The notes under the pieces are model-generated. The model was not told where the DNA came from, made no database searches, and worked only from the letters and a program-made list of their open reading frames with translations. A stretch of DNA of 64,000 nt from Acidimicrobiales bacterium (GTDB lineage Bacteria; Actinomycetota; Acidimicrobiia; Acidimicrobiales; CATQHL01), in assembly GCA_965220035.1 (NCBI GenBank), contig CBDCPC010000001.1, positions 1,640,118 to 1,704,117 on the forward strand, given 5' to 3'. Of the stretch, positions 52,702 through 62,121 are shown piece by piece. The translations under genes were made by a program, and so were the position numbers. The number at the start of each line of letters is the position of its first letter. Within the stretch, counting starts at the first letter, position 1.

Positions 52702-54245
52702 ATGGCGGAGGCTCTTCAAGTCGCAACACATGCCACGGCTGCGTCGTTGGCGGTCCGTACCGAGGCGCGACGTGTCGCGGAGGCCTCCGGCCGCTCCGTG
52801 GCGCAGCGATCCGCGCTTGGACAGTTCTTCACCCCGGCGCCGATTGCGTCGCTGCTCGTGGGCATGTTCGATCCGCCGGAGGGTCCGGTGCGGGTGCTTG
52901 ACCCCGGCGCTGGCGTGGGTTCGCTGACGGCGGCGCTTGTCGATCGGTCGGTGGTCGAGAGCTGGGCTGTCGGCTTGGACGTGACGGCGGTGGAGGTCGA
53001 CGGGGACTTGCTTGGAGCGCTCACCGAGACTCTGCACGAGTGCACGCAGGTCTCGTCGTCGATCACTGCGCGGGCGGTGCGGGCGGACTTCGTGGAGTGG
53101 GCCTGCCGGAGGCTAGAGGGGGGACTCTTCGCTCCATACGACGGGGGATTCGATCTGGCGATCCTGAACCCGCCGTACCAGAAGCTTGCCACGTCGTCGG
53201 CGGTGCGGCGGATGCTGTCGCGTGCGGGAATTGAGGTCACGAATCTGTATGCCGCGTTCGTCGCTCTCGCTCTCGGGCTTCTCAACCCGGGCGGTCAGCT
53301 GGTGGCGATCACCCCCAGGAGCTTCTGCAACGGCCCGTATTTCCGCGCGTTCAGACGAGAACTGCTCGAGAATTCGGCGTTGCGCCGGGTTCATCTCTTC
53401 GAGGCACGCAACAAGGCGTTCCGTGACACGGGCGTGTTGCAGGAGAATGTGGTCGTTCACCTCGTCAAGGGCGCGCCACAGGCGGCGGTGACTATCTCAA
53501 CGAGTCCCGGATCGGGGGAGGAGGACGTCCACGAGGAACGGGTGCCCTTCGCGCGCGTCGTTCGTCCCGACGATCCGGACGCATTCATTCGCATCATCTC
53601 GGGCGATCCAGCTGTCGCAGCCGCAACGCGAATGGCAGGGCTTGAGTGCTCCCTGTCCGGTGCGGGTGCCGCGGTGTCGACAGGCAGGGTCGTGGATTTC
53701 CGAGTGCCGAGCATCTACGCGAGTCGGTTGAGGACGGCACGGTGCCGCTGCTCTATCCCCACCACCTCCGGGCGGGGCGCGTACGGCTAGAGGAGCTACG
53801 CCGCAAGAAGCTGGCGGCGATCGCTGTCAACAGCATGACGCAGAAGATGCTTCTGCCGGCGGGCAACTACGTGCTGGTCAAGCGATTCTCCTCCAAGGAG
53901 GAGCGCCGAAGGATCGTGGCCGCTGTGCTCGAGATTGACGACCTCGGATCCGCTGAGGTGGCCGTGGAGAACCACGTCAACGTTTTCCATCGCGACGGAA
54001 CTGGGTTGCCTCTCGACCTTGCCTGGGGAATCGCTGCGTATCTGAACACGACGGCAGTGGACATGTTCTTCAGGCAGTTCAACGGGCATACGCAGGTGAA
54101 TGCGACCGATCTGCGGTCATTGAACTACCCGACGATGGGACAGCTTGAAACTCTTGGGGCCGCAGCCAGGGAGACCGAACACACGCAAGCTGCCATCGAC
54201 GCTCTGTTTGACCGCTACGTGCCGGCTTCGGCGGAGGATCAGTAA
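52702..54245 (+). pseudogene. BsuBI/PstI-like (Eco57I/TaqI-class) adenine methyltransferase, frameshifted near 53705
   Basis: LGQFFTP, LDPGAGVG, ILNPPY, STGRVVDFR in one frame; continues as EHLR..PLLYP..VKRFSSKEE..ENHVN..FNGHTQVNATDL in another. Confidence 0.85.
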
Positions 54246-55165
54246 TGGCCACCGTCGAGGAGGCCATTGATGTCTTGAGCCAACTCCAGTTCCCGAGACA
54301 GCAGCGGAATGAGCGTTCCGCTCTCACACTCTTGGCACTGCTTGATCTCACTCCGGACAAGGACTGGAGTGAGGCCGGAGATCCCATGCGAGGGATCACG
54401 CAGCTGATGGATTCCATGGCCGAGCACTACGGAAAGCAATACGCGCCGAACACGCGTGAGACCGTGAGGCGCCAGACGGTTCACCAATTTCTCGCAGTCG
54501 GGCTCGTCGTGTTAAATCCTGACGAGCCGGACCGACCGACCAATAGCGCCAAGACCGTCTACCAGGTCAGTCCGCCGTCGCTCCGCCTCCTGCGGGCGTA
54601 CGGGACAGCGGACTGGGCCGTCGAGTTGATCAACTATCAGCACCGGATTGAGTCGCTGACAGAGCGGTACGCCCTTGAGCGGGACCTCCAGCGAATTCCC
54701 GTGACGCTGCCGGACGGGCAGCAGGTCAGTCTGTCGCCCGGCGGGCAGAACGAACTGGTAGCGAGAATCGTGGAGGACTTCTGCCCCATCTTCACGCCTG
54801 GTGGTCTGGTCCTGTACATCGGCGACGCGGACGAGAAGTTCGCGAATCACAACGCAGCAGGGCTAGCGGAGCTGGGGATCAGTCTCGATGAGCACGGCAA
54901 GATGCCCGACCTGGTCGTCCACGACGTGCTCCGGGACTGGCTCGTGCTCATCGAAGCCGTCACCAGCCACGGACCGGTCAACCCGAAGCGCCGGGAAGAG
55001 CTTCGAGATCTGTTCTCGGCCTCCTCCGCTGGTCTCGTGTTCGTGACGGCATTTGAGAACCGGCACACCCTTGCGAAGTACGTGACTGACATCTCGTGGG
55101 AGGGCCAGTTCCATCGGTCGGTGCACGGTTCCGGTCATGATGACCGGTGCCAGTACGAGCAGTGA
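54245..55165 (+). pseudogene. BsuBI/PstI-family type II restriction endonuclease, C-terminally truncated
   Basis: YAPNTRETVRRQT, LSPGGQN, HGKMPDLV, IEAVTSHGP; homology stops at DISWE (~55102), and the family's ETEVW..HLIHFNG tail is absent. Confidence 0.8.
55104..55161. repeat. 58-bp dispersed repeat, copy 2
   Basis: Matches 20062-20119; contains the palindrome CCGGTCAT-G-ATGACCGG (55131-55147). Confidence 0.8.
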
Positions 55166-55301
55166 ACCAGAGGTGCCCCGGAAGCAGTTCAGAGGTGGTG
55201 GTCTCGCCGCGTTCGAAGGCATCGGACCTGGACTCTCGAGACGGATTGTCTAGCTGGCCAGCGGCCGACCCTTGCGGGTTCCCCACGCTGACGCCGACTC
55301 G

Positions 55302-56278
55302 TCAGCCCGCTGAGAGTCGCCCCGCGGTCTCGTCCATCCGCTGTCTGAGTTCTTCGACGGTGAGGGTCTGGCCCTTGGGTCTGTGAAGCATCGCGTGACA
55401 ATTCGGGCACACCGGAACGAGGTCCTCCAGCGGATTGACCACATGGCTGTCGTGGTCCGCGATCTCTGACAGGGGCGTCTTGTGGTGAACGTGCATGAAC
55501 TCCCGGCCGACGTCGCCGTAGCGCTCCTCGAATCTCAGATCGCACACCTGGCACTCGTAGCCGAAGTGTCCGAGGCACAGACTCCGTGCAACGGGATCGC
55601 GCTCGTATCGGTTGACCATGACTCGGGACTTGGCACCCTCGGGGATCTCGTGGTCGCCCTCGGACTCGACACCGGCCTCGTCGCCCGATAGGGCCGGTGG
55701 CCGGCGGCCGCGAGGTCCGGGATCCTTCCCGTGGGTGGCGATTCGCAGGATGCGTCGGGCAGCGTCGTCAGCCTGGGGTTGGAATACGGTCCTCCCCCTC
55801 GTCTTTATTGACGACCGGAGGTCGGTCTCGACGTCTGACTCCGGCACGCGTGTGCCAGCCACTCAACGGCCCGTCGAAGTCGGGCGCCATCGGGCCGGTC
55901 CGGGTCGTGGACCACCGGGCCAGCCACCTTCGAGATTGCGATCCACGCGTCTGCTGTTGCGTACTGTCTCAGCGGCAAGACGACAAGATCGCCGACCTGA
56001 ATCCCGTCGCGGAAGCGGAGGATCTCCTGGCGGGCGCGTCGTCTCGTTTTCTCGGGATGTTCGTCACCGAAGCGCTGATCGAAGATCCGATCCAGAGCGT
56101 CGCGGTCTGCGGATCCAACGGCGTCAGCATCGGTAAGCCAGTCGCCCCACCCGATCGTCACGACGCTCTCTTCGAGGTTGTGCACCACTGTCTCGCCCTC
56201 GCGTCCACCGCGCACGACCCATACCCCGACATCCGAAGACCCGCCGATGGAGACGGGACTGCTATGGCTAGCGCTCAT
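55302..56278 (-). pseudogene. Mrr-N-like domain plus McrA-type HNH endonuclease, frameshifted near 55855
   Basis: WVVRGG..IGW..RFRDGIQVGDLVVLP..RAVEWL, then YERDPVAR..CQVC..HVHH..VCPNCHAMLH. Confidence 0.75.
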
Positions 56279-56381
56279 GACACGCTCTGCCGAAACACAT
56301 CTTGCCGATATTCCAGGTTACCGACGCATGTCAGCGCGATCTGGTTGACGGGTTGACGATTTCGGGTATTCTGGAGTTGCT

Positions 56382-57239
56382 ATGAGGATTGAGTCCGACG
56401 TCGTCGATCTGTTGGGTCGGTTGCTGGCTCGTCGTACCGACCCTGGTCGCGGCCATGTGATTCTGAGCGAGGCGGAGTACGACGAACGGCTGCGCCGGGT
56501 TCTTGCGTCGTGGACTGCTGCCGACAGTGTCTCCGAGGGCCGCACTACCGAAGCCGCCCTGCGGATGATACGCAATCGACTGGTCTACGGTCAGATCGAG
56601 ACGAGCAACTACGACCGCCTGCTTGAAGCCCTCACCGTGGAACTCGAGCCAGGAATCCGCAGATCCCCCGGAGCGGTATTCGAGGAGGCGATGCGCGAGC
56701 TTCGCCTGCGCCGCGACGATGATGTCGGGCTGTCGGCCGCGGCGTCCGTGGCCGACAGTTTCGTCGAGGAGTTGGCTGCCGACGCTGCGATGTTGGGAAA
56801 GCTCGACGATGAAGAGGCGGTGCGACTCGGTCGCCGAGCGGCAACGCAGGTGTTGGCGGCGGCACGGTGGTCTCGGATCGTCGGCGATCGGCTCGACACC
56901 ACCCAGGTCTCACGGCTGCTCGGTATCACCCGCCAGGCGTTGGCCAAGCGCCAGAGCACCGGATCGCTTCTCGGTCTCCCCGGCGACGGCACCACCTGGT
57001 ACCCGACCTGGCAGTTCGATACAAACGAAGCACGCATCCGTCCAGAGGTGCGTGACCTCATAGGTGCCTTCCGGGACCGCCTCGATGACGTCGATCCGCT
57101 CGCCATCGCTGCGTGGGCCGCCACACCGCAGGACGAGGACCTTGCTGGCGAGACACCGGCCCAATGGCTGCGTGCCGGTCGTGATCCGGATCAACTACGC
57201 GACGCTGCGGAGCGGGCCGCCTCTCGATTGAGCCGATGA
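56382..57239 (+). CDS. Xre/MbcA/ParS-like antitoxin of a RES toxin-antitoxin pair
   Basis: HTH (LLGITRQAL), YPTWQFD, W..TPQ..L.GETPAQWL; directly upstream of a RES fragment. Confidence 0.7.
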   Translation: MRIESDVVDLLGRLLARRTDPGRGHVILSEAEYDERLRRVLASWTAADSVSEGRTTEAALRMIRNRLVYGQIETSNYDRLLEALTVELEPGIRRSPGAVFEEAMRELRLRRDDDVGLSAAASVADSFVEELAADAAMLGKLDDEEAVRLGRRAATQVLAAARWSRIVGDRLDTTQVSRLLGITRQALAKRQSTGSLLGLPGDGTTWYPTWQFDTNEARIRPEVRDLIGAFRDRLDDVDPLAIAAWAATPQDEDLAGETPAQWLRAGRDPDQLRDAAERAASRLSR

Positions 57240-57345
57240 TCGACTGGGTGCCTTCCCCTGTCGGCGGATCGGCACCGCAACAACACTGTTCCGCATCCAC
57301 GAGCACCAACTCCACCCGGCCTGGTTCAGCAACGACGGATTGGAG
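57236..57345 (+). pseudogene. RES-domain toxin N-terminal fragment (frameshifted and truncated)
   Basis: ATGA overlap with the antitoxin stop; shifted frame reads GAFPCRRIGTATTLFRIHEHQLHPAWFSNDG, then breaks at a MITE-end motif. Confidence 0.55.
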
Positions 57346-58933
57346 TATTACTCGGCGCTTGCTGCGTGGCGGCCTCGCGATCCCATGTTGCCGCGGTGAT
57401 GCCCTGCGCCCGAAGCTCGACTTTGCGGACCTTCTCCGTGGGCGTCTTCGGAAGCTCGCTGACTACCTCGACGTAGCGGGGGAGCATGAAGCGGGGTAGG
57501 CGGGGCGACAGGTACTCGATCAACTCTTGCGCGTCGACGGTCCTGCCGGGGCGGGGCACGACGACGATCTTGACCTCGTCCTCGCCCCACTCCGACGGGA
57601 CGGCAACGGCGGCCGACTCCAGGACACCCGGATGCTCGTTGACCACGACCTCCACCTCGGCGGAGGAGATGTTCTCGCCGCGGCGCCGGATGGTGTCCTT
57701 GATGCGGTCGAGGAAGTAGTAGTTGCCGTCGGTGTCGTAGCGGAAGGCGTCGCCGGTGTGCAGCCAGAGGTTCCGCCAGGCTGCCGTCGTCGCCTCGGGC
57801 ATGTCGAGGTAGCCGGCCATCAGCGTCCATGGCTCGTCGGCCCGCACGATCAACTCGCCCACGCGGCCGGGCCCGACGTCCTCGTCGTCAGTGTCGACGA
57901 CGCGTACCTGGTAGCCGGGCCGCACCCTCCCGCAGCTCTCCAGGTTCGCGAGCGTCCAACCGTCGGAGTGGATGGGGACGCTGATCTCGGTCATGTTGAA
58001 AGCGGTGGAGACCCGCACCCCGAACCGCTCCTTGAAGTCGTCGAGTTCGGGGATCAACGGGACCATCACGACGGTGTGCAGTGGCGTGTCGGCGTCGTCG
58101 GGCCGCGGCGGCTGGCGGTGGATGAAGTTGGCCATCGCCCCCAGCAGGAGCGTCGTGGTGCAGCGGTAGCGCCGGATGTCGTCCCAGAACGCCGCGGTGT
58201 TGAACGACGGGCGCATGACGACCCGACCGCCCACCAGCGCGAACGTGTAGACGGGGCCCTTGCCGCTGATGTGGAACAGGGGGAAGGGGAGGTAGTAGGC
58301 GTCGTCCGGGCCGAAGTCGCCGGTGAAGATGCTGGTGGACGCCGTGGCGTGCAGCTGCGCCCACGGCACCAGCACGCCCTTGGACGGCCCCGTGGTGCCC
58401 GACGTGTACATGACCGTGGCGATGTCGGCCGGACCGGGCCCGTCGAGATCCTCCGCCGGGGACGCTCCGGCGAGGAACTCCCGCCGCCCAATGACCCTGA
58501 ACGGCAGGTCCCCCTTCACGTCGTCGCTGTCATGGACGACCACGGTCTGTAGGTCCGGGAGGTCGGTGGCGACGTCGCCGAGGTGCTCCAGGTACTCAGC
58601 GGCCGTGACCAGGAGATTCGAACGCGAGTGCTCCAGCACGTAGCGCAGCATCCGGCCCACGTAGGCGGTGTTGACGGGCACCTCCCAGGCGCGCAGCCAG
58701 GCGAGGCCCAGCCAGGCACTCACGGCGTCGATGCCGGTGGGCAGCATCACCGCCACCCGGTCGCCGGGTTCGACCCCGAAGCGGCGGTAGGCGTCCGCCC
58801 AGGTGAGCGTGTAGCGGTGCAACTCGGCGTAGGCGATCGAGCGGCCGTCGACCTCCTCGAGAAACGTGCGGTCGGCATGCTCGGCGGCGCGCGCGGCCAG
58901 CAGGTGCGGCAGGACGAGATCGCGTGCGAGCAT
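57326..58933 (-). CDS. Acyl-CoA synthetase (CaiC / crotonobetaine-CoA ligase-like)
   Basis: YTSGTTGPSKG, FNMTE, HTGD, RRRGENISS.EVE, PKTPTEKV. Confidence 0.9.
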   Translation of the reverse strand: MLARDLVLPHLLAARAAEHADRTFLEEVDGRSIAYAELHRYTLTWADAYRRFGVEPGDRVAVMLPTGIDAVSAWLGLAWLRAWEVPVNTAYVGRMLRYVLEHSRSNLLVTAAEYLEHLGDVATDLPDLQTVVVHDSDDVKGDLPFRVIGRREFLAGASPAEDLDGPGPADIATVMYTSGTTGPSKGVLVPWAQLHATASTSIFTGDFGPDDAYYLPFPLFHISGKGPVYTFALVGGRVVMRPSFNTAAFWDDIRRYRCTTTLLLGAMANFIHRQPPRPDDADTPLHTVVMVPLIPELDDFKERFGVRVSTAFNMTEISVPIHSDGWTLANLESCGRVRPGYQVRVVDTDDEDVGPGRVGELIVRADEPWTLMAGYLDMPEATTAAWRNLWLHTGDAFRYDTDGNYYFLDRIKDTIRRRGENISSAEVEVVVNEHPGVLESAAVAVPSEWGEDEVKIVVVPRPGRTVDAQELIEYLSPRLPRFMLPRYVEVVSELPKTPTEKVRKVELRAQGITAATWDREAATQQAPSNTPIRRC

Positions 58934-59069
58934 CAGCGCTCCCGCCCCGAGAAGCGAGCCAATCGATCCGCCTGCAGCGCTCGCGGGGCCGCTGGAGAGT
59001 GGGTTCCGGCCCCGGACCGAGTCGGGGGCCGGCTCTTCGCCGAGACGACGAGCGGGACGCTTGGCAGCA

Positions 59070-61022
59070 TTACTCCGCGGTCTCCGGCGCGGTCCGGCGG
59101 GCTGCATTGATGGCACCACCCTGGCGCACGATCCCGGCTTGGCGTTGGGAGAGGTCGTGGCGGACGTCGAAGCGGCGACCGCTGGTGGCGTCCAGCACGC
59201 TGCCGGTTCCCTCGTCCAGCAAACCGAGCGGATCCTCGACGACCAGAACGTGCCCAACCTGGACGCTCCCGTAGTCAACGGCATCGGTGAAGGTGAGGGG
59301 CAGCACCCCGAACAGGACCAGGTTCTCGTGGTGGATGCGGGCGTAGTCAACGGCGACGATCACACGCAGCCTGAGCGACCGTGGCGCCAGTGCGGCCTGC
59401 TCCCGGCTAGAGCCCTGGCCGTAGTTCCGCCCGCCGATCACGGCGTGGTCTCCGGTGGCGCGGGCGCGCTCGGGGTAGGCGGGGTCGACGCCCTCGAAGG
59501 CGAAATCGCTCATCCGTTCCACGTTCGACCAGTGCGGCATCACGCGCGGCCCGGCGGGCAGGATCTCGTCGGTGGAGACGTCGTCGCCCATCTTCAACAG
59601 CACCGGTAACGCCAGTCGCTCCGGAAGAGGGTCGAAGTGCGGGAGGGCTGGGTGGTTCGGCCCCTTGGCCAGCGGGACCTGCCGAGCCTGCTCCGCCGGC
59701 AGCGGCGGCACCAGTAGATCGTGGTTGGTGACCCACTCGGCCGGCTCGCCGGCGGCGGGTGGCGTCGGCCCGAGCGTCCGGGGATCGGTGATGACACCGG
59801 TCAGGGCCGACGCGGCCGCGGTCTCGGGGCTCACCAGGTACACCTGATCGTCCTCGGTGCCCGAGCGGCCGGGGAAGTTCCGCGGAACGGTGCGCAGGCT
59901 GATCCTGCCGGGGGCCGGCGCCTGGCCCATGCCCGGACAACCGTTGCACCCGGCCTGGTGCAGGCGCGCCCCGGACCGCAGGAGGGTGGTGACGTGGCCG
60001 GCGGTGGCCAGATTGCCCAACGCTTCGCGGCTGGCCGGGTTGACATCGAACGACACGCGGTCGTGCACCGTCCGCCCGGCGACGATCCCGGCGGCGACGG
60101 CCAGGTCGCGGAACGAGGGGTTGGCCGATGACCCGATGTATGCCTGGTGGATCTCCGCGCCGGCGACCTCGGCCACCGGCACGACGTTGCCCGGACTCGG
60201 CGGCAGTGCCACGAGGGGCTCGACGGTGCTGAGGTCCAGTTCGCTGGAGTGGTCGAAGGCCGCGTCGGTGTCCGCTGCGAGGTGCTGCCAGTCGCTTCCG
60301 CGGCCCTGGCGGGTGAGATAGCGACGGACCTCGCCGTCGGATTCGAAGAGCGAGGTCACCGCCCCCATCTCGGCGCCCATGTGGGCGATCACGTGGCGAT
60401 CCCAGACCGACAGCGCGGCCACCCCGGATCCGTGGTACTCGATCAACCGGCCCGATGCCCCGTCGGTGCCGTAACGCCGCAGCATCTCCAGGATCACGTC
60501 CTTGGCGCTCACCCAGGGTTGCAGTTCACCGTCGAGGCGGACACCCCAGATCTCGGGCATCGTCAGGTACAGGGGCTCGCCGGCGAGGACCAGCGCCACC
60601 GTCAGGCCACCGGCGCCGATGGCCAGCATGCCGAGCGCTCCCGCGGCACAGGTATGGCTGTCGGAGCCGAGCAGGCAGGTGCCGGGGCGGCCGAACGACT
60701 GCTGGTGCACGGCGTGACAGATCCCGTTGCCGGCCCTGCTGAACCACAACCCGAGCCGCTCACAGGCGCTGCGCATCATCAGGTGGTCCTCGGAGTTGTA
60801 GCGGTCCGCCTGCAGCAGCAGGTGATCGACGTAGCCGACGGCGAGATCGACTCGCTCACGGTCGACGCCCATGGCCTCCAACTCGAGCGCGATCAGCGGC
60901 CCCACCGAGTCGTCGATGAACACCTGGTCAGCCTTGAGCGCTATCTCCGAGCCGGCAAGCGCGTCGCCCGCCACGAGGTGCGACTCGATGAGCCGCCGAG
61001 CGAGCGGTCGTCCCACGGGCAC
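59070..61022 (-). CDS. Aconitate hydratase family protein (single chain)
   Basis: DHL, GNGICH, GSDSHT, IGSSAN, GCNGCPG, RNFPGR, STDEI, NYGQGSSRE. Confidence 0.88.
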   Translation of the reverse strand: MPVGRPLARRLIESHLVAGDALAGSEIALKADQVFIDDSVGPLIALELEAMGVDRERVDLAVGYVDHLLLQADRYNSEDHLMMRSACERLGLWFSRAGNGICHAVHQQSFGRPGTCLLGSDSHTCAAGALGMLAIGAGGLTVALVLAGEPLYLTMPEIWGVRLDGELQPWVSAKDVILEMLRRYGTDGASGRLIEYHGSGVAALSVWDRHVIAHMGAEMGAVTSLFESDGEVRRYLTRQGRGSDWQHLAADTDAAFDHSSELDLSTVEPLVALPPSPGNVVPVAEVAGAEIHQAYIGSSANPSFRDLAVAAGIVAGRTVHDRVSFDVNPASREALGNLATAGHVTTLLRSGARLHQAGCNGCPGMGQAPAPGRISLRTVPRNFPGRSGTEDDQVYLVSPETAAASALTGVITDPRTLGPTPPAAGEPAEWVTNHDLLVPPLPAEQARQVPLAKGPNHPALPHFDPLPERLALPVLLKMGDDVSTDEILPAGPRVMPHWSNVERMSDFAFEGVDPAYPERARATGDHAVIGGRNYGQGSSREQAALAPRSLRLRVIVAVDYARIHHENLVLFGVLPLTFTDAVDYGSVQVGHVLVVEDPLGLLDEGTGSVLDATSGRRFDVRHDLSQRQAGIVRQGGAINAARRTAPETAE

Positions 61023-61026
61023 GCCC

Positions 61027-61788
61027 TCACCGCCCTGGTAGGCGGTATCTCTCCTCGAACTCGGGATCCCGCGTGGAACGAACCTGCCGCTCCGCCTCCC
61101 GGTCGAGCAACTCCTCGAACCCGAGTCGTAGCCCGTCGTTGAGGTTCTGCTTCATGGCGACGAGCGCCCGCGGAGTCGCCGCGGCGACGCGCTCGGCCTG
61201 CCACCGAGCGTGGGGGAGCAGGTCAGCATCGTCGGTCACTGCGGAGACCAGGCCGATGCGTTGCGCCTCGGCGGCGTCGATGACGTCCGACAGCAGGTAA
61301 AGCTCGCGTGCCTTGGCGGGCCCCACGATCCGGCTGAGCGTCCACGTGCCGCCGAAATCGCCGGAGAGGCCGACTTTGGCGAATCCCGTCGTGAAGCGTG
61401 TGGACGTGCCCGCGTAGCGCAGGTCGCAGGCGCATGCGAGCGCCATCGCACCCCCGACGCACGGTCCGTTGATCGCCGCGATCGTCACGGCGCGCATCTC
61501 GTGCAGCAGCCGCGCCGACTCCATGAGACGCCGCAGCAGGGCCGTGTCGGCCTCGATGCCAACCCCCCAGGGATCGTCGGGGTCATCGCGGTCGCCGCCC
61601 GCAGAGAACGCCCGGCCCGCGCCGGTGAGAATGACGACTCTGACAGACGTGTCCCGGCTGACCCGTTGCAGGGTGTCGAGCAGTGCCCCCAGCAGCCCGG
61701 TGCTGAGGGCGTTGAGCTTGGCGGGTCGGTTGAGCGTCACCTCGGCGATGCCGCCGGACTGCTCCACCAGGACCAGGTCAGCCACCAT
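61027..61788 (-). CDS. Enoyl-CoA hydratase/isomerase
   Basis: LNRPAKLNAL, AFSAGGD, AAINGPCVGG, GLSGDFGG. Confidence 0.9.
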   Translation of the reverse strand: MVADLVLVEQSGGIAEVTLNRPAKLNALSTGLLGALLDTLQRVSRDTSVRVVILTGAGRAFSAGGDRDDPDDPWGVGIEADTALLRRLMESARLLHEMRAVTIAAINGPCVGGAMALACACDLRYAGTSTRFTTGFAKVGLSGDFGGTWTLSRIVGPAKARELYLLSDVIDAAEAQRIGLVSAVTDDADLLPHARWQAERVAAATPRALVAMKQNLNDGLRLGFEELLDREAERQVRSTRDPEFEERYRLPGR

Positions 61789-61907
61789 GGACGGCTCCGG
61801 GATTGCCGGTAACGCCGTCGCTGCTGCGGCTGCCGGCATCGTCTACTGCGGCTTCCTCGGAGTGTGCGGAGCAATCGATGGTAGGCACAGCCGGGGTCGC
61901 GGCGCTG

Positions 61908-61933
61908 TGGATCCCGGCCTGCGCCGGGATGAC
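61908..61933 (-). repeat. REP hairpin variant preceding the VNTR
   Basis: TGGATCCCGGCCTGCGCCGGGATGAC with a compensatory stem change. Confidence 0.85.
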
Positions 61934-62116
61934 GGGAGTGGGGGCGGGGATGACGGGAGTGGGGGCGGGGATGACGGGAGTGGGGGCGGGGATGACGGGA
62001 GTGGGGGCCGCGATGACGGGAGTGGGGGCGGGGATGACGGGAGTGGGGGCCGCGATGACGGGAGTGGGGGCCGCGATGACGGGAGTGGGGGCGGGGATGA
62101 CGGGAGTGGGGGCCCG
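61928..62116. repeat. 21-bp VNTR, 9 copies (GATGACGGGAGTGGGGGC[GGG/CGC])
   Basis: Direct count; starts within the arm of the REP at 61908-61933. Confidence 0.92.
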
Positions 62117-62121
62117 CGGCA

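Noticed and set aside
53690-53720. Programmed frameshift or phase variation in the methyltransferase
   Set aside because: No slippery heptamer, homopolymer or short tandem repeat at the shift; decay or sequencing error is more likely
61928-62116. 21-bp repeat as a second CRISPR array or a repeat protein
   Set aside because: No unique spacers; pure tandem repeat; overlapping ORFs are low-complexity artefacts
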